A stretch of DNA of 62,993 bases, counting the filler, from Octopus bimaculoides (taxonomy: Eukaryota): NCBI RefSeq assembly GCF_001194135.2. It is 5 parts of 5 records of this genome, joined end to end, with 100 filler letters (N's around TTAATTAATTAA, not from the genome) between each part and the next. Parts side by side here need not be neighbours in the genome. Positions count along the whole stretch, not along the records: positions 39,379 to 56,622 come from NC_068981.1; positions 56,723 to 62,993 come from NC_068985.1; 3 more parts are not named here. The stretch is one strand, 5' to 3'. The notes under the pieces were generated by a model that had not been told where the DNA came from, searched no databases, and was given only the letters and a program-made list of their open reading frames with translations. Position numbers and translations under genes: made by a program. This document shows, in pieces, positions 52,484-62,993 of this stretch (position 1 is its first letter; the number at the start of each line of letters is the position of its first letter).

Positions 52484-52676
52484 ATCAAAATAAGCAACTA
52501 GGATTTCGAGAAGTAATGCAGTACAATTGTTTCATGCAACTCCATTTAATTGAACAATTCAATCATTATTTCAATTCAAAATGCAGAGCAATCCTCAGCT
52601 GCACAAAGACATAGAATTCTATGCATGAAACGATCATACTGCATTACCTCTGGATATCCTTGTTGCTTATTTTGAT
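52484..52676. mobile_element. Fold-back MITE with about 55-bp TIRs
   Basis: atcaaaataagcaactaggatttcgagaagtaatgcagtacaattgtttcatgca / tgcatgaaacgatcatactgcattacctctggatatccttgttgcttattttgat. Confidence 0.8.
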
Positions 52677-52705
52677 ATATCTACAGATATATATATATAT
52701 ATATA

Positions 52706-53335
52706 CAGGGTGCGATGAGTAAGTTGTTTCATTTCATATTCTTAATGCTAGAAATTTCAAATGACATGCTGTACTGCTTGGTATTCATGCCGGAAGCTGC
52801 AATGCAAGCGTTTCAGACTCAACACGTCGGTCTACATGAAGTGCCTGAAGTAGGTAGTGCTGCTCTGGGTCAAGAGGCTGGCTGCTGGAAGACCCTAAGT
52901 TTGGCAACAGGACTCTGCACCATGCCACACAAGCAGGAGAACTCAGTCATGGTTGTCAAGCAATTTCTGTGACCACACCACCCCTAACATCTGGCCCCCT
53001 AACTCGCCAAGCTGCAACCCCCTTCATTATTATATGTGGAGTGCATTTGAGCAATGGACCAACAAAACTCTTTGTAATACCAAACATGAACTGAAGGCAA
53101 GAATTATGGCAGCATTCACCAACTTAAACAAGGAGACCATCCAGAACATTTGCAAGAGATTCTGAAGTCATCTGGAGGCCATGGTTGAAGCCAATGGCGA
53201 TTTTATTGAGTAAATTTATTCTTTAGTATTTCAAAATTTTTAATGTAATTTTGGTAAATATATCGGTTAAAATGAAATGCCAGTGATATTTTCATTTTTG
53301 CATAATTTAGACAACAATATATTCACCACACCCTG
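52706..53335 (+). mobile_element. Internally deleted DD37D (maT-type) Tc1/mariner transposon
   Basis: TA|CAGGGTG ... CACCCTG|TA termini; VWQQDSAPCHTSRRTQSWLSSNFCDHTTPNIWPPNSPSCNPL(H)YYMW...LEAMVEANGDFIE*, with 37 residues between the QQD aspartate and the third catalytic position (D replaced by H). Confidence 0.9.
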
Positions 53336-53569
53336 TATACTCACACACATGCATGCACGCACACACACGCATATATACACATGTACACATACACGTGCAC
53401 ATGCACANNNNNNNNNNACATACACAAACCCCCCCCCCCCCACACATTTACATATATACACACACATATTTATAAATTTTACATCATAGAGAATAGGGGG
53501 GAATCTTATTTTCTGTTGTTAAACATCTATTAAAATTTTTCTCCATGACAAAATACAAAGAATTACTTT

Positions 53570-53945
53570 CTTATGGATTCAAATATGCCTCTGAAATATT
53601 TTAACTGATAACAAGTTTGTATTTCTATGCATAGCCAACCACATGGTTCTGGGTTCAGTCTCACTGCGTGGCACCTTGGGCAAGAGTCTTCTACTATAGC
53701 CTCAGGCTGACCAAAGCCTTGTGAGTGGATTTAGTAGACGGAAACTGAAAGAAGCTTGTCATGTATATATATATGTATATATATATATATATTTTTTCGT
53801 GTGTGTGTCTTTGTGTCTGTGTTCTTCCCCCCACCATCACTTGACAACTGATGTTGGTGTGTTTATATCCCCAAAACTTAGCAGTTCGGTAAAAACACTG
53901 ATAGAATAAGTACTAGGCTTATAAAGAATCAAAGAGTAAAAGAGT
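53570..53945 (+). mobile_element. SINE family A, CpG-decayed
   Basis: Aligns to 4157-4574. Confidence 0.85.
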
Positions 53946-54265
53946 AGCTGTTTGCTTTATCATCCCATATCTATTATCATGTTTCTGCTGTTCCATTGCC
54001 AAAATTCTCATCATGAGGATTTGAAGACTGAAAAGTATATAGGGGACATTCAGAGAAGCTGACACTGGTTTCACCAGTCTCCTTCTGGATAACCTGGACA
54101 AGATGATCGTTTATATCTCAAAAAATGTCACAGAAAATCAGTGTTGCTTGATCCCTGAAAATGTTGGAGTTATTTAACACATTAGGCACGACAGGCCACG
54201 ATTGTGGCCCAGATAGATGCATTTAATTTATGGCTGTTTGTTGGGATTCTAGGAGAGTTTAAGTA

Positions 54266-54420
54266 CAGGTGTGGTCCCAGGAATTTTTCGAAAGGAGGGC
54301 ACAGGGTCAGAAGGTAATACAATTCCAGGAGAAAAGTTCTTAATAACATTATTTAGAAAGTGCACTTCTTTTCTTGAGTGAGGGCACATGCCCATCAGGC
54401 CCCCGTTGAGTCCACTCCTG
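54266..54420. mobile_element. Possible PIF/Harbinger-like MITE
   Basis: caggtgtggtcccaggaattttt...gggcacatgccc...gtccactcctg; imperfect TIRs, no TSD seen. Confidence 0.35.
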
Positions 54421-54509
54421 GGGTATGAGGGAGGGTAAGATGACAGGAACGGATTTATTGTTGTGAAAGTGTGGCAGTGTAGAAAGTAGTGGAGTAGTAG
54501 GATAGGCAC

Positions 54510-54812
54510 ATGGTTTAGTGGTTAGGGTATCTGACACACGATCCTAAGGACATAGTTCAAATCCTGGTGGTGTGTTGTGTCCTTGAGCAAGACACTTTAT
54601 TTCACATTGCTCCAGCTCACTCAGCTGGCAAAAATAAGCTGTACTTGTATTTCAAAGGGCCAGCCTTGTTATACTCTGTGACACATTGAATCTGAGAACT
54701 ACATTAAGGGTATGCATGTCTGTGGAATACGCAGTCACTTGCATATTAATTTCATGAGCAGGTTGTTCTGTTGATTGGATCAACTAGAATCCTCGTCATC
54801 ATAACCGACAAG
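54510..54812 (+). mobile_element. SINE related to family D, CpG-decayed
   Basis: tRNA-like head, gtgtccttgagcaagacac core, 3' half homologous to 20765-20935. Confidence 0.75.
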
Positions 54813-54899
54813 GTNNNNNNNNNNNNNNNNNNNNNNNNNNNNNNNNNNNNNNNNNNNNNNNNNNNNNNNNNNNNNNNNNNNNNNNNNNNNNNNNNNNTA

Positions 54900-56090
54900 G
54901 GCAATGCTTTGAATATGGCTGCAAACATGGGAAAAGGGAAGGGGTTAATGTCAAAGTTTACTGAGAATAGTTGGGGGTGGAGTGAAACAGTAATGGGGTG
55001 GATTGTGTAAGGTCTAGGAATATATTGTAATATAAGGGTGAGTATGGTGAGGAAAAGGAATGGAAAGGAAGCTATAGACAAGGGTGGAGAGGATTGTTGT
55101 GGGAGACATTAAAAGAAATATGTGTGAGTTGGTGGAAGCGGGGAGCCAGAGGGGGGGGAGCAAGAAAGAGGAGAAGGAGTGCTGAGGGAGGCAGAGAAGC
55201 GTGAAGTGAGTGAACATGAAGCAGAAAATGGGGGAGCTGTGGGTGAGAGCAATGAGGGAAAGTGATGCTGAAGGGCACTATGGAAGTAGGGTAGAGGATA
55301 TGTTTCTTTATTGACCACACAGGGCAGAACACAGAGGGAACAAATACAAAGTAGAGCTTTTCTTTTTGGGAAGAAAAAAAAAGTGTTGGGAGTAGAAATT
55401 TGATCAAAAGGGATCGTGGAAAGAAGGAAAAAAAAAAGAAAGAAGCCGATCAATATCGATCGTGTATCACAGAAATGTCATAATGTAAAAGGGGAAATAG
55501 ATTAGGTTCATCCATGGAAAGAAAAGCATATGGAAAAGACCACGGTAACTTCGGGCAATGGTGTCATGCAAAATACACATTACAGTGAGTGACTCACTTT
55601 TTTCCTTTCTTTTTCTGGTTTATAGGATTATTATGTTCAAGGTGGCTCCGTCATTCACACATGTCATCCTTGCTATATTCACCCATCTTTTATTGAAACA
55701 TTCAGTAGACAAAACTTCCCTTAGGGTAGAGGATAAATGCTACAAAAATATCCAAGATGGGGAGGCAGTGAAGAGAGGATATTGAGAGAGAAAGAGAGGG
55801 GTAGTGTGAAATGGTGGATGGATGCTGTGAGAGGAAAGAGAAAAAGCCTACAGGGAATCCTTGCAGTGTTAGAGTGTAAGAGTGACATAAAGACAAACAG
55901 AGATGTTGGGTGGTAATAGAGGTCACCTGGGTGGGAGTGGGGGTCAGTGGGCTGCGTAGTTGTAGAGCAGGGCAAGCATAACAAATGAGCTGGTGGTGAG
56001 GGTACTATGAGGGACGAAGAGACAGGAGTCATTGATGGCTGTAAGTGTGAGGATACAAAGCACAGCAGGAGGATGTTCGGTATTGGGTCC
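54900..56090 (-). pseudogene. Very decayed APE-endonuclease LINE relic (host of the Tx1 insertion)
   Basis: Strongly C-rich minus strand with PGDLYYHP (GDxNAHH-like) and PILDIF (S/T-IDL-like) in the expected order; many frameshifts. Confidence 0.35.
55301..55721 (-). mobile_element. 5'-truncated Tx1-like LINE 3' end with 14-bp TSD
   Basis: EVLSTECFNKRWVNIARMTCVNDGATLNIIIL*, then a UTR ending tgtggtcaataaagaaa; TSD tagggtagaggata at 55287-55300 and 55722-55735. Confidence 0.85.
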
Positions 56091-56622
56091 CCCTCCCCTC
56101 AAATAGTTTTCTTTTACTGATGTCTTTGCACATATCACATCAGTAAATTATGAATTATTCCGTTTTCAAAATGCAAATTTATTGTTAAATTATTAAAGTT
56201 CCTCATTAGTAATAGCTGTGAATTTTCTAAGCATATAGGACAGTCTAATCAGTGCATATTTAATATTTATCACTTCTGTTTCATGATGCAAGATAATTGA
56301 ACATTAAATGAAAGATAAATCGTTAACTAAAAACATTCTAAAACAATAAAAAGACAAAAAAAAAAACATAAAAGAAACCAGTTTCATTGTAACAGAAGAA
56401 AATAAGACAATTCATAACTACAGTTTATTATATTTATTACATTCAGTAAATTGGTAGAAAATGATAGAGCAGAAGATAGCATGCTGTCAGGGACTCAATA
56501 ACACTTTGCCTTTCATCTTTCAAATGTTCCTTATAAGTACCAATAAAAACAAGTAAAAGAATATATGATAGAATACTATATATAAAACACCAATAAAATA
56601 TCATACATGCTCACACTCACAC

Positions 56623-56722
56623 NNNNNNNNNNNNNNNNNNNNNNNNNNNNNNNNNNNNNNNNNNNNTTAATTAATTAANNNNNNNNNNNNNNNNNNNNNN
56701 NNNNNNNNNNNNNNNNNNNNNN
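56623..56722. other. Assembly join spacer
   Basis: 44 N + TTAATTAATTAA + 44 N. Confidence 0.95.
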
Positions 56723-57248
56723 TATATATATATATATATGTATATGTATATATATATACATATACAACATAAATTGAAAACAGAACGCAAAGGATATCGC
56801 GTTACACGTTTTTCAAGCTTTATAAACAATCTGTTATTACATCACCATAGGTATATTATTGATATAAAAGACGGTTAAAAGCTCTGTTCAGCCGTCAAGA
56901 ATTGTTTCGTCCAAAGATTACATCACAAATGAAAAAGTACGCTTAGAATTATCCATTATAATATCAGTATTTTTACAACTTCTAATGCTCTTTTACTATA
57001 TTTTTTGTAAAAATAATTAATGTAAAATTCTATTTTTTAAAAATGATTCTTATAAAACTCTATTCATATAGAACCTTATATCTTGATATCAATTATTTCA
57101 CTTATTGTTAATTTGCTGCTCCCGCTTATTACTTATGTTTATTTCTTTTTAAATCATTTCCCTTATTGATCATCCCTCATTTCAACTTGTTACTTAATGC
57201 CAGATCAATTGGATTTGTCACATACACATCTAAAAACTTGTTTTAAAC

Positions 57249-57322
57249 TTTTTAAATATATGTAACTGAATCTATCTTTAGATATATGCAATTCAATCTA
57301 TTTTTAAATATATGTAACTCAA
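57249..57322. repeat. About 25-bp tandem repeat, 3 copies
   Basis: tttttaaatatatgtaactgaatcta / tctttagatatatgcaattcaatcta / tttttaaatatatgtaactcaaacta. Confidence 0.7.
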
Positions 57323-58865
57323 ACTATTGAGAATGGTATATTAAATATAACTGTTACGTAGTCAAAAACAAAATATACACTTGTAAGGTGTATTGTATGT
57401 GTGTATATATGGATGGACGTTCGTGAATATATCAGTATACTATGCATGTAGATATATCTATATCTGGACGTGTGCTTAAGGATATGTGGATGTGTGAGTG
57501 TATGTATACGGTTACGAGGGTGTAACTGTAAGGTATGTGTGGAGATGTATGTGTACATTCATGTATTTAGAGCTATGTATAACGAGGCGTACGTGTATAC
57601 GCTCGAGCTGATGTATCTGTATGAGTGCGTGTGTATGCACACATATGTGTGTGTGTGCTTGCATGTGTCTGTGTGCTTATGTATGCGTGCCTGCGTATGT
57701 GTGTGTTTATTTTTGTTTTAACTCGTGCTAGGAATGAAGCAGGATTGAATATTAGAAATGTAACATTTTATACGCGCTCATTGTCATGGAATAAACATTA
57801 TCATACAAAAGGTAACCTCGGATGCACATGGGTAGTGCACCCGCTAAAATAACAACCAATTATGTCTCAAATCACAAATCATAATATGCAAAGTACGTAT
57901 TAGATAGGATAATCCGAGGAGTCGTCGTACATCGTGAATGATGACCAAGATAGTAACGTAATACAATTCTTTGATCTTAGATCTATCCGATCATTACTGT
58001 CTGCTATTAGCATCATAGATTACGGCAACACAAAACCATCGCTGTATCATTGATGTTACTGAATAAGAAGGAAATTGCGTCCCCATATTTTGACGTTTCC
58101 TTTTAAATGCCTAGGTCCACAAATGTTTTTGCATAATTTCATTTACTATTCCCAGAATATATTACCAACAATTCTGACCATGATTATGCTGTTCCTGGCA
58201 AATAACTGATTTCATTTCCGTTCGCAATGCCTTTATTATCTTAAATGCATTTTCTTATCAATTCTACATACTTCGATATATGTATANNNNNNNNNNNNNN
58301 NNNNNNNNNNNNNNNNNNNNNNNNNNNNNNNNNNNNNNNNNNNNNNNNNNNNNNNNNNNNNNNNNNNNNNNNNNNNNNNNNNNNNNNNNNNNNNNNNNNN
58401 NNNNNNNNNNNNNNNNNNNNNNNNNNNNNNNNNNNNNNNNNNNNNNNNNNNNNNNNNNNNNNNNNNNNNNNNNNNNNNNNNNNNNNNNNNNNNNNNNNNN
58501 NNNNNNNNNNNNNATATAGGATCTCCATTTTATCTACATCGACTCATTGTACTATAAGAACTATGTAGAAGGATTTTCATTCTTCCCAATCTGTACATTA
58601 CTTCGTTAATTTTAAATCTATAGATTACCTTTATATTGTAAAGGATGTTTTTTTTTCTCTGTATACGGATGGAAATTAAATAAACTCGCTATTATATATT
58701 TAGTATAATTCCCAACCAAAATTTAGCTTAGGTTTCTACCGTAATGTTCTCATGTATTTTATCTCTCTTTGCTTTTCCGTTTTCTGACTGACATTAATAA
58801 TTCACCAACGAATTATTTGTGCGAATATATTTGCAGAAGATCAATGTGCATTTATGCTTATATAT

Positions 58866-58898
<33 letters not shown>

Positions 58899-60339
58899 GC
58901 CGTATATACATGCATATGTGTATACATAATACGAGTTTATCTGTGTCCATGTATGCGCATATGGAACCTGTATTCTTATTCCTAAACACACCAGCGTCAC
59001 TCAGTTTCCTAATATTCTGTCTTAAATACTCGTGGTCATCGTTTCTATAGACTGCCTACAGATATAAATAATACAAGTGTTAAAAACTTTTAACGAACTT
59101 CATGATTATTCCTGCCGTGTACTTAGGAATAAAAACCTACTTACCTATCCGTACACATTTTATAGGAGAATAATGTTTTCGCCGTTATGTAATGGTTTAC
59201 AGTCCAATGAAAATATGGTAAATTTCTTTTAATACTCTAAATGATTGTGATTTAAAAACGTTATGCAATTAATAGCAGTACCAATAACGACACTTCATTT
59301 CTGAACGATTGATACATACCGTCAGATGTCTCTGCAAATATGGAATGTTTGCAAAAAAGATGGAGAGCAATAAAGCATGTGGCAGGAATACTTGATGGGT
59401 ACAACCTCACCTGTGACTTATGACCATAATTTCGAAATTTTGGGAATATAAAAATAATGGTCACTCTGTTTCATAATTTTCCTTTTTAAATACTCATGTC
59501 AAATCGCTTCTTTTAATGTTCCATGGGTACAATTCTAGAGATCATATAGTTACATTTTATGAATTCCCAAATGATTCCTATGATATACTTTGGAATAGAG
59601 TTGCTGCAAAATATACAACAAATCTGAAGGAATGTTGGTACTTAGAATGAGCTTTCTCTGATACCTTGCAATACAATCTCCTAATCTGAGGCATGGAAGT
59701 AACTCGACTTTAAGACATGCTACTTCAAACCACACTTGTGAATTTGGCTGTTGGATTCACGCAGCTGAGCGATGCAATTGTCTTTTATTTGCCGAACAAA
59801 AGAAATGTTGTTTCATTTCATCACAAGGTATTTAAAAAGTACGACAACACCGACTGTTTGTACTTCTCGAAGAAGTAAATGTAGATGTTTGTCAATGAAA
59901 TGTAGGTCTTCTTAAAAAAATTCTTTTTAAGCACAACACAACATAATGCAGCATAACATCAACTTGCTTTAGTCTATATTCATGGAGCAGTACCAGGAAC
60001 TATAGCATATTTTTTTATTGAGAAGGCCTCACATTGACATCTACGCGCAGTCAATGTATCACCCATCCTTGGACTATATTTTCCTACTATCTTGCTCAAG
60101 AAAGATGAGAATATTTACTAGCCTTATTTCATATATCCAAAGACTGGCTACTGAATTTCCAGTTTTACAAGTAGTTACTCGGGAAAAAGATTCGAGAATT
60201 GCGGCAAGATATTTTCGTCCCCTTTAATATAAGCGTTTCATTTAAACATAATAAATTATATTAAGATATAATCACATAAGCACACGTAGTGACATTCACC
60301 TTTGTTCAGCAAGATGAAGAATATTAATAAATATTCTTT

Positions 60340-60620
60340 ACTACTCTAGGCACAAGGCTCGAAATATTGGGGGAGGCGGCTAGTCGATAACATCAACCCC
60401 AGTACACAACTGGTACTTAACGTATCAACCCCGAAAGGATGATTAGCAAAGTCGAACTCGACGAAATTTGAACTCAGAACATAAAGACAGATGAAATATC
60501 AGTTAGGATTTCGCCCGGCGTGCTAATGTTTCTTATTTTTTTATTGCCCAGAAGGAGCTAAACATAGAGGGGACAAACAAGGACAGACAAACAGATTAAG
60601 TCGATTACATCGACCCCAGC
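60340..60620 (-). mobile_element. Two rearranged SINE B pieces, one with the LINE-like tail
   Basis: Reverse SINE B body 60340-60530, followed by a reverse tail ttattgcccagaaggagctaaacatagaggggacaaacaagg. Confidence 0.75.
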
Positions 60621-61544
60621 TCGTCGTATATATANNNNNNNNNNNNNNNNNNNNNNNNNNNNNNNNNNNNNNNNNNNNNNNNNNNNNNNNNNNNNNNNNN
60701 NNNNNNNNNNNNNNNNNNNNNNNNNNNNNNNNNNNNNNNNNNNNNNNNNNNNNNNNNNNNNNNNNNNNNNNNNNNNNNNNNNNNNNNNNNNNNNNNNNNN
60801 NNNNNNNNNNNNNNNNNNNNNNNNNNNNNNNNNNNNNNNNNNNNNNNTTTTATCCCCACCATCACTTGACAACTGGTGTTCGTGTGTTTACGCAACCGTA
60901 ACTTAGCATTTCGGCAAACGAAACTGATGGAATAAATGCTACGCTTTAAAAAGTAATTGCTGATGTCGAAGATCACTGTATATTCTACCAAGTCTTGCAT
61001 TCTTGCGAGTGTCTGGTATTTTTTAATACATATTTATGTATTGGTATGTATGCATGTTTGTGTGTATGTATGTATGTATGTATGTATGCGTGTATATGTA
61101 TGTTATAGTTATGTATGAATGTACGCATGCTTGTACGTACGTGTGTGACTGTACGTGTGTAAATGTATTTGCGTGAGTGTAAGTGAGTACATTCACTTTG
61201 GAATAATTTTGTTTTCTCGTGCATTTTGCAATGATTTCTATGAATTAGGTACAATCACAAACGCTGCAAGTTTATAAACCTGAAGATTACATTCTCTTAC
61301 TTTCTGTCTGTCGGTCTGTCTGTCTCCCTCGTGCGCGCGCTCGTAGCCTCTCCTTTTCTCTCTCTCTCCTTTTCTGTGCATTTCTTAGCGTCACATTTTG
61401 ATAAAAGAGAAACGAACAAACAAAGAAGCAATGGAATGAAGAAATAAAGGACTAATTAATTATGTGATATTGATGATGAACTAACTTTTGATAACGATAC
61501 ATTAAACAGCGAATAGAACAACAAAAGAACAAAGAGCTAGAGTA

Positions 61545-61600
<56 letters not shown>

Positions 61601-62993
61601 AGAGAGAAATAGCGCATGTTAGATAAAGGTGGAAAAGCATTGTATTGAATCAACAAAAGATTTGTTCTATAATAAGCAATTAGAGGCTATCTTTTTTCTT
61701 AGCGGCTGTTGTTGACGCGAATGCAATTGTCTGTCTAATTCCGGTTTTTCCCTTTAGAGATGAATTTTATATCCGCCATACGCAGTACATTAAGACTGCA
61801 AATTCATTTGAAAGGGGAAAATAAAAGGAAACATCATCGAACAGAACAAAAGAAGAGATTACATCGTTACACACACATCGTGTACGCAAACTAGTTTGTT
61901 GCTGGTTAGTACTTGGAAGCAACTGGTAACCTCTCCTTTTCATGTCAAAACCGAGGCCAGTTTCGCAACGAGTAAAAGTAATTTTTCTATGTTTGTTTAT
62001 AAGTAATTGAAAATTGCTTTCTTGTTGCTAATTCAAGACGTTATATAATAGTTATGTACACTAAGAAATAATATTTCTTAACGAAATTGTTTTTGAGCGG
62101 CATGTTAATGATTCTGTTAGATCCACGCCTTGGTAATTACAGTAGCAATGCTTAGCGACAACTGCTCAACAGAGAGAAATGCATGTGTTAACCTATGAAG
62201 TGACATGAAGAAATATATGATAGTTGCGTTACAAACAATTGCGGCCACATACACACTCACACAAGAAAAAAACAAATATATACATATAAAACCACCCAGC
62301 CACACCCTCTAGTCTATGGCGGACCTAGGATAAAAGCGATTAAAATGTAGAAATAATAGAAGAATATTAAAAATATTAATCAAATAGTAGTTCTATTTAG
62401 CTTCATGTTAAATTAATGTGGGGCCTGCGTTACAGCGGTCTCATATAGGTCTGTGACCTAATGCCACTACATATAGACTTGCAATTATTTTTGAAATAAC
62501 CAGACGTTTTATTAAGAGATAATCTCCTTGCTATGTGACACAGTAATATAAACTTGAACTACCATTGAAGCAATTTCATTTCACTTACGCAATTAATACT
62601 TAACAGAAAGATAAGAAGCTTAAAACATACAACTTTCTCTCTAATACGGCAGAAGTTTGCGTCTTGTCGGTACAATATATCTTCGCTAATAACTATTTAA
62701 TTTTATTAATATAATATAATATTCACTTAAGTTTATATGTTATTCATTAATTGAACACGAAACAAAAACAAATTATGAAATTATATAATAATATATTTAT
62801 AAAGGACTGGATGGCTTTGCCAATTGTATGTTTGACGCATTCAATTAAAAAAGACAAATTATGGTAGTAATTGTTTGTCCAATATAAATGTGTAAGTATG
62901 AAAACTCGTCTATATACACACTTGGCTGTGACTGGTGTATTTATACACACATAGGCACAAATAAATACATACATACACGCATGCATATATATA

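Overview
AT-rich, gappy animal genomic scaffold with no convincing host protein-coding gene, RNA gene or CRISPR array; almost every ORF in the track is a microsatellite or N-gap artefact. The repeat families look like those of coleoid cephalopods, probably Octopus (recalled, not searched). The window is a patchwork of retroposons and DNA transposons. Retroposons: at least four SINE-like families, Tx1/L1-clade LINE relics (an RT YADD fragment, a C-terminal zinc-knuckle fragment, and a 3' end with a 14-bp TSD), two RLE-clade LINE 3' ends, and a Penelope-like GIY-YIG relic. DNA transposons: mariner and DD37D relics, and hAT, piggyBac-like and fold-back MITEs. Four 100-bp scaffold-join spacers carry TTAATTAATTAA. 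The main unexplained signals are (1) four different minimal hammerhead-ribozyme-like motifs, one inside a TSD-flanked ~256-bp insert nested in a SINE; (2) a tRNA-type SINE whose 3' tail matches the 3' end of the Tx1-like LINE; (3) a 17-kb block (39379-56622), bounded exactly by two join spacers, where old SINEs have lost their CpGs and one SINE family is confined; (4) a ~274-bp near-perfect fold-back. Coordinates were read by eye: TSDs and motifs should be near exact, diffuse repeat ends are +/-10-20 bp.
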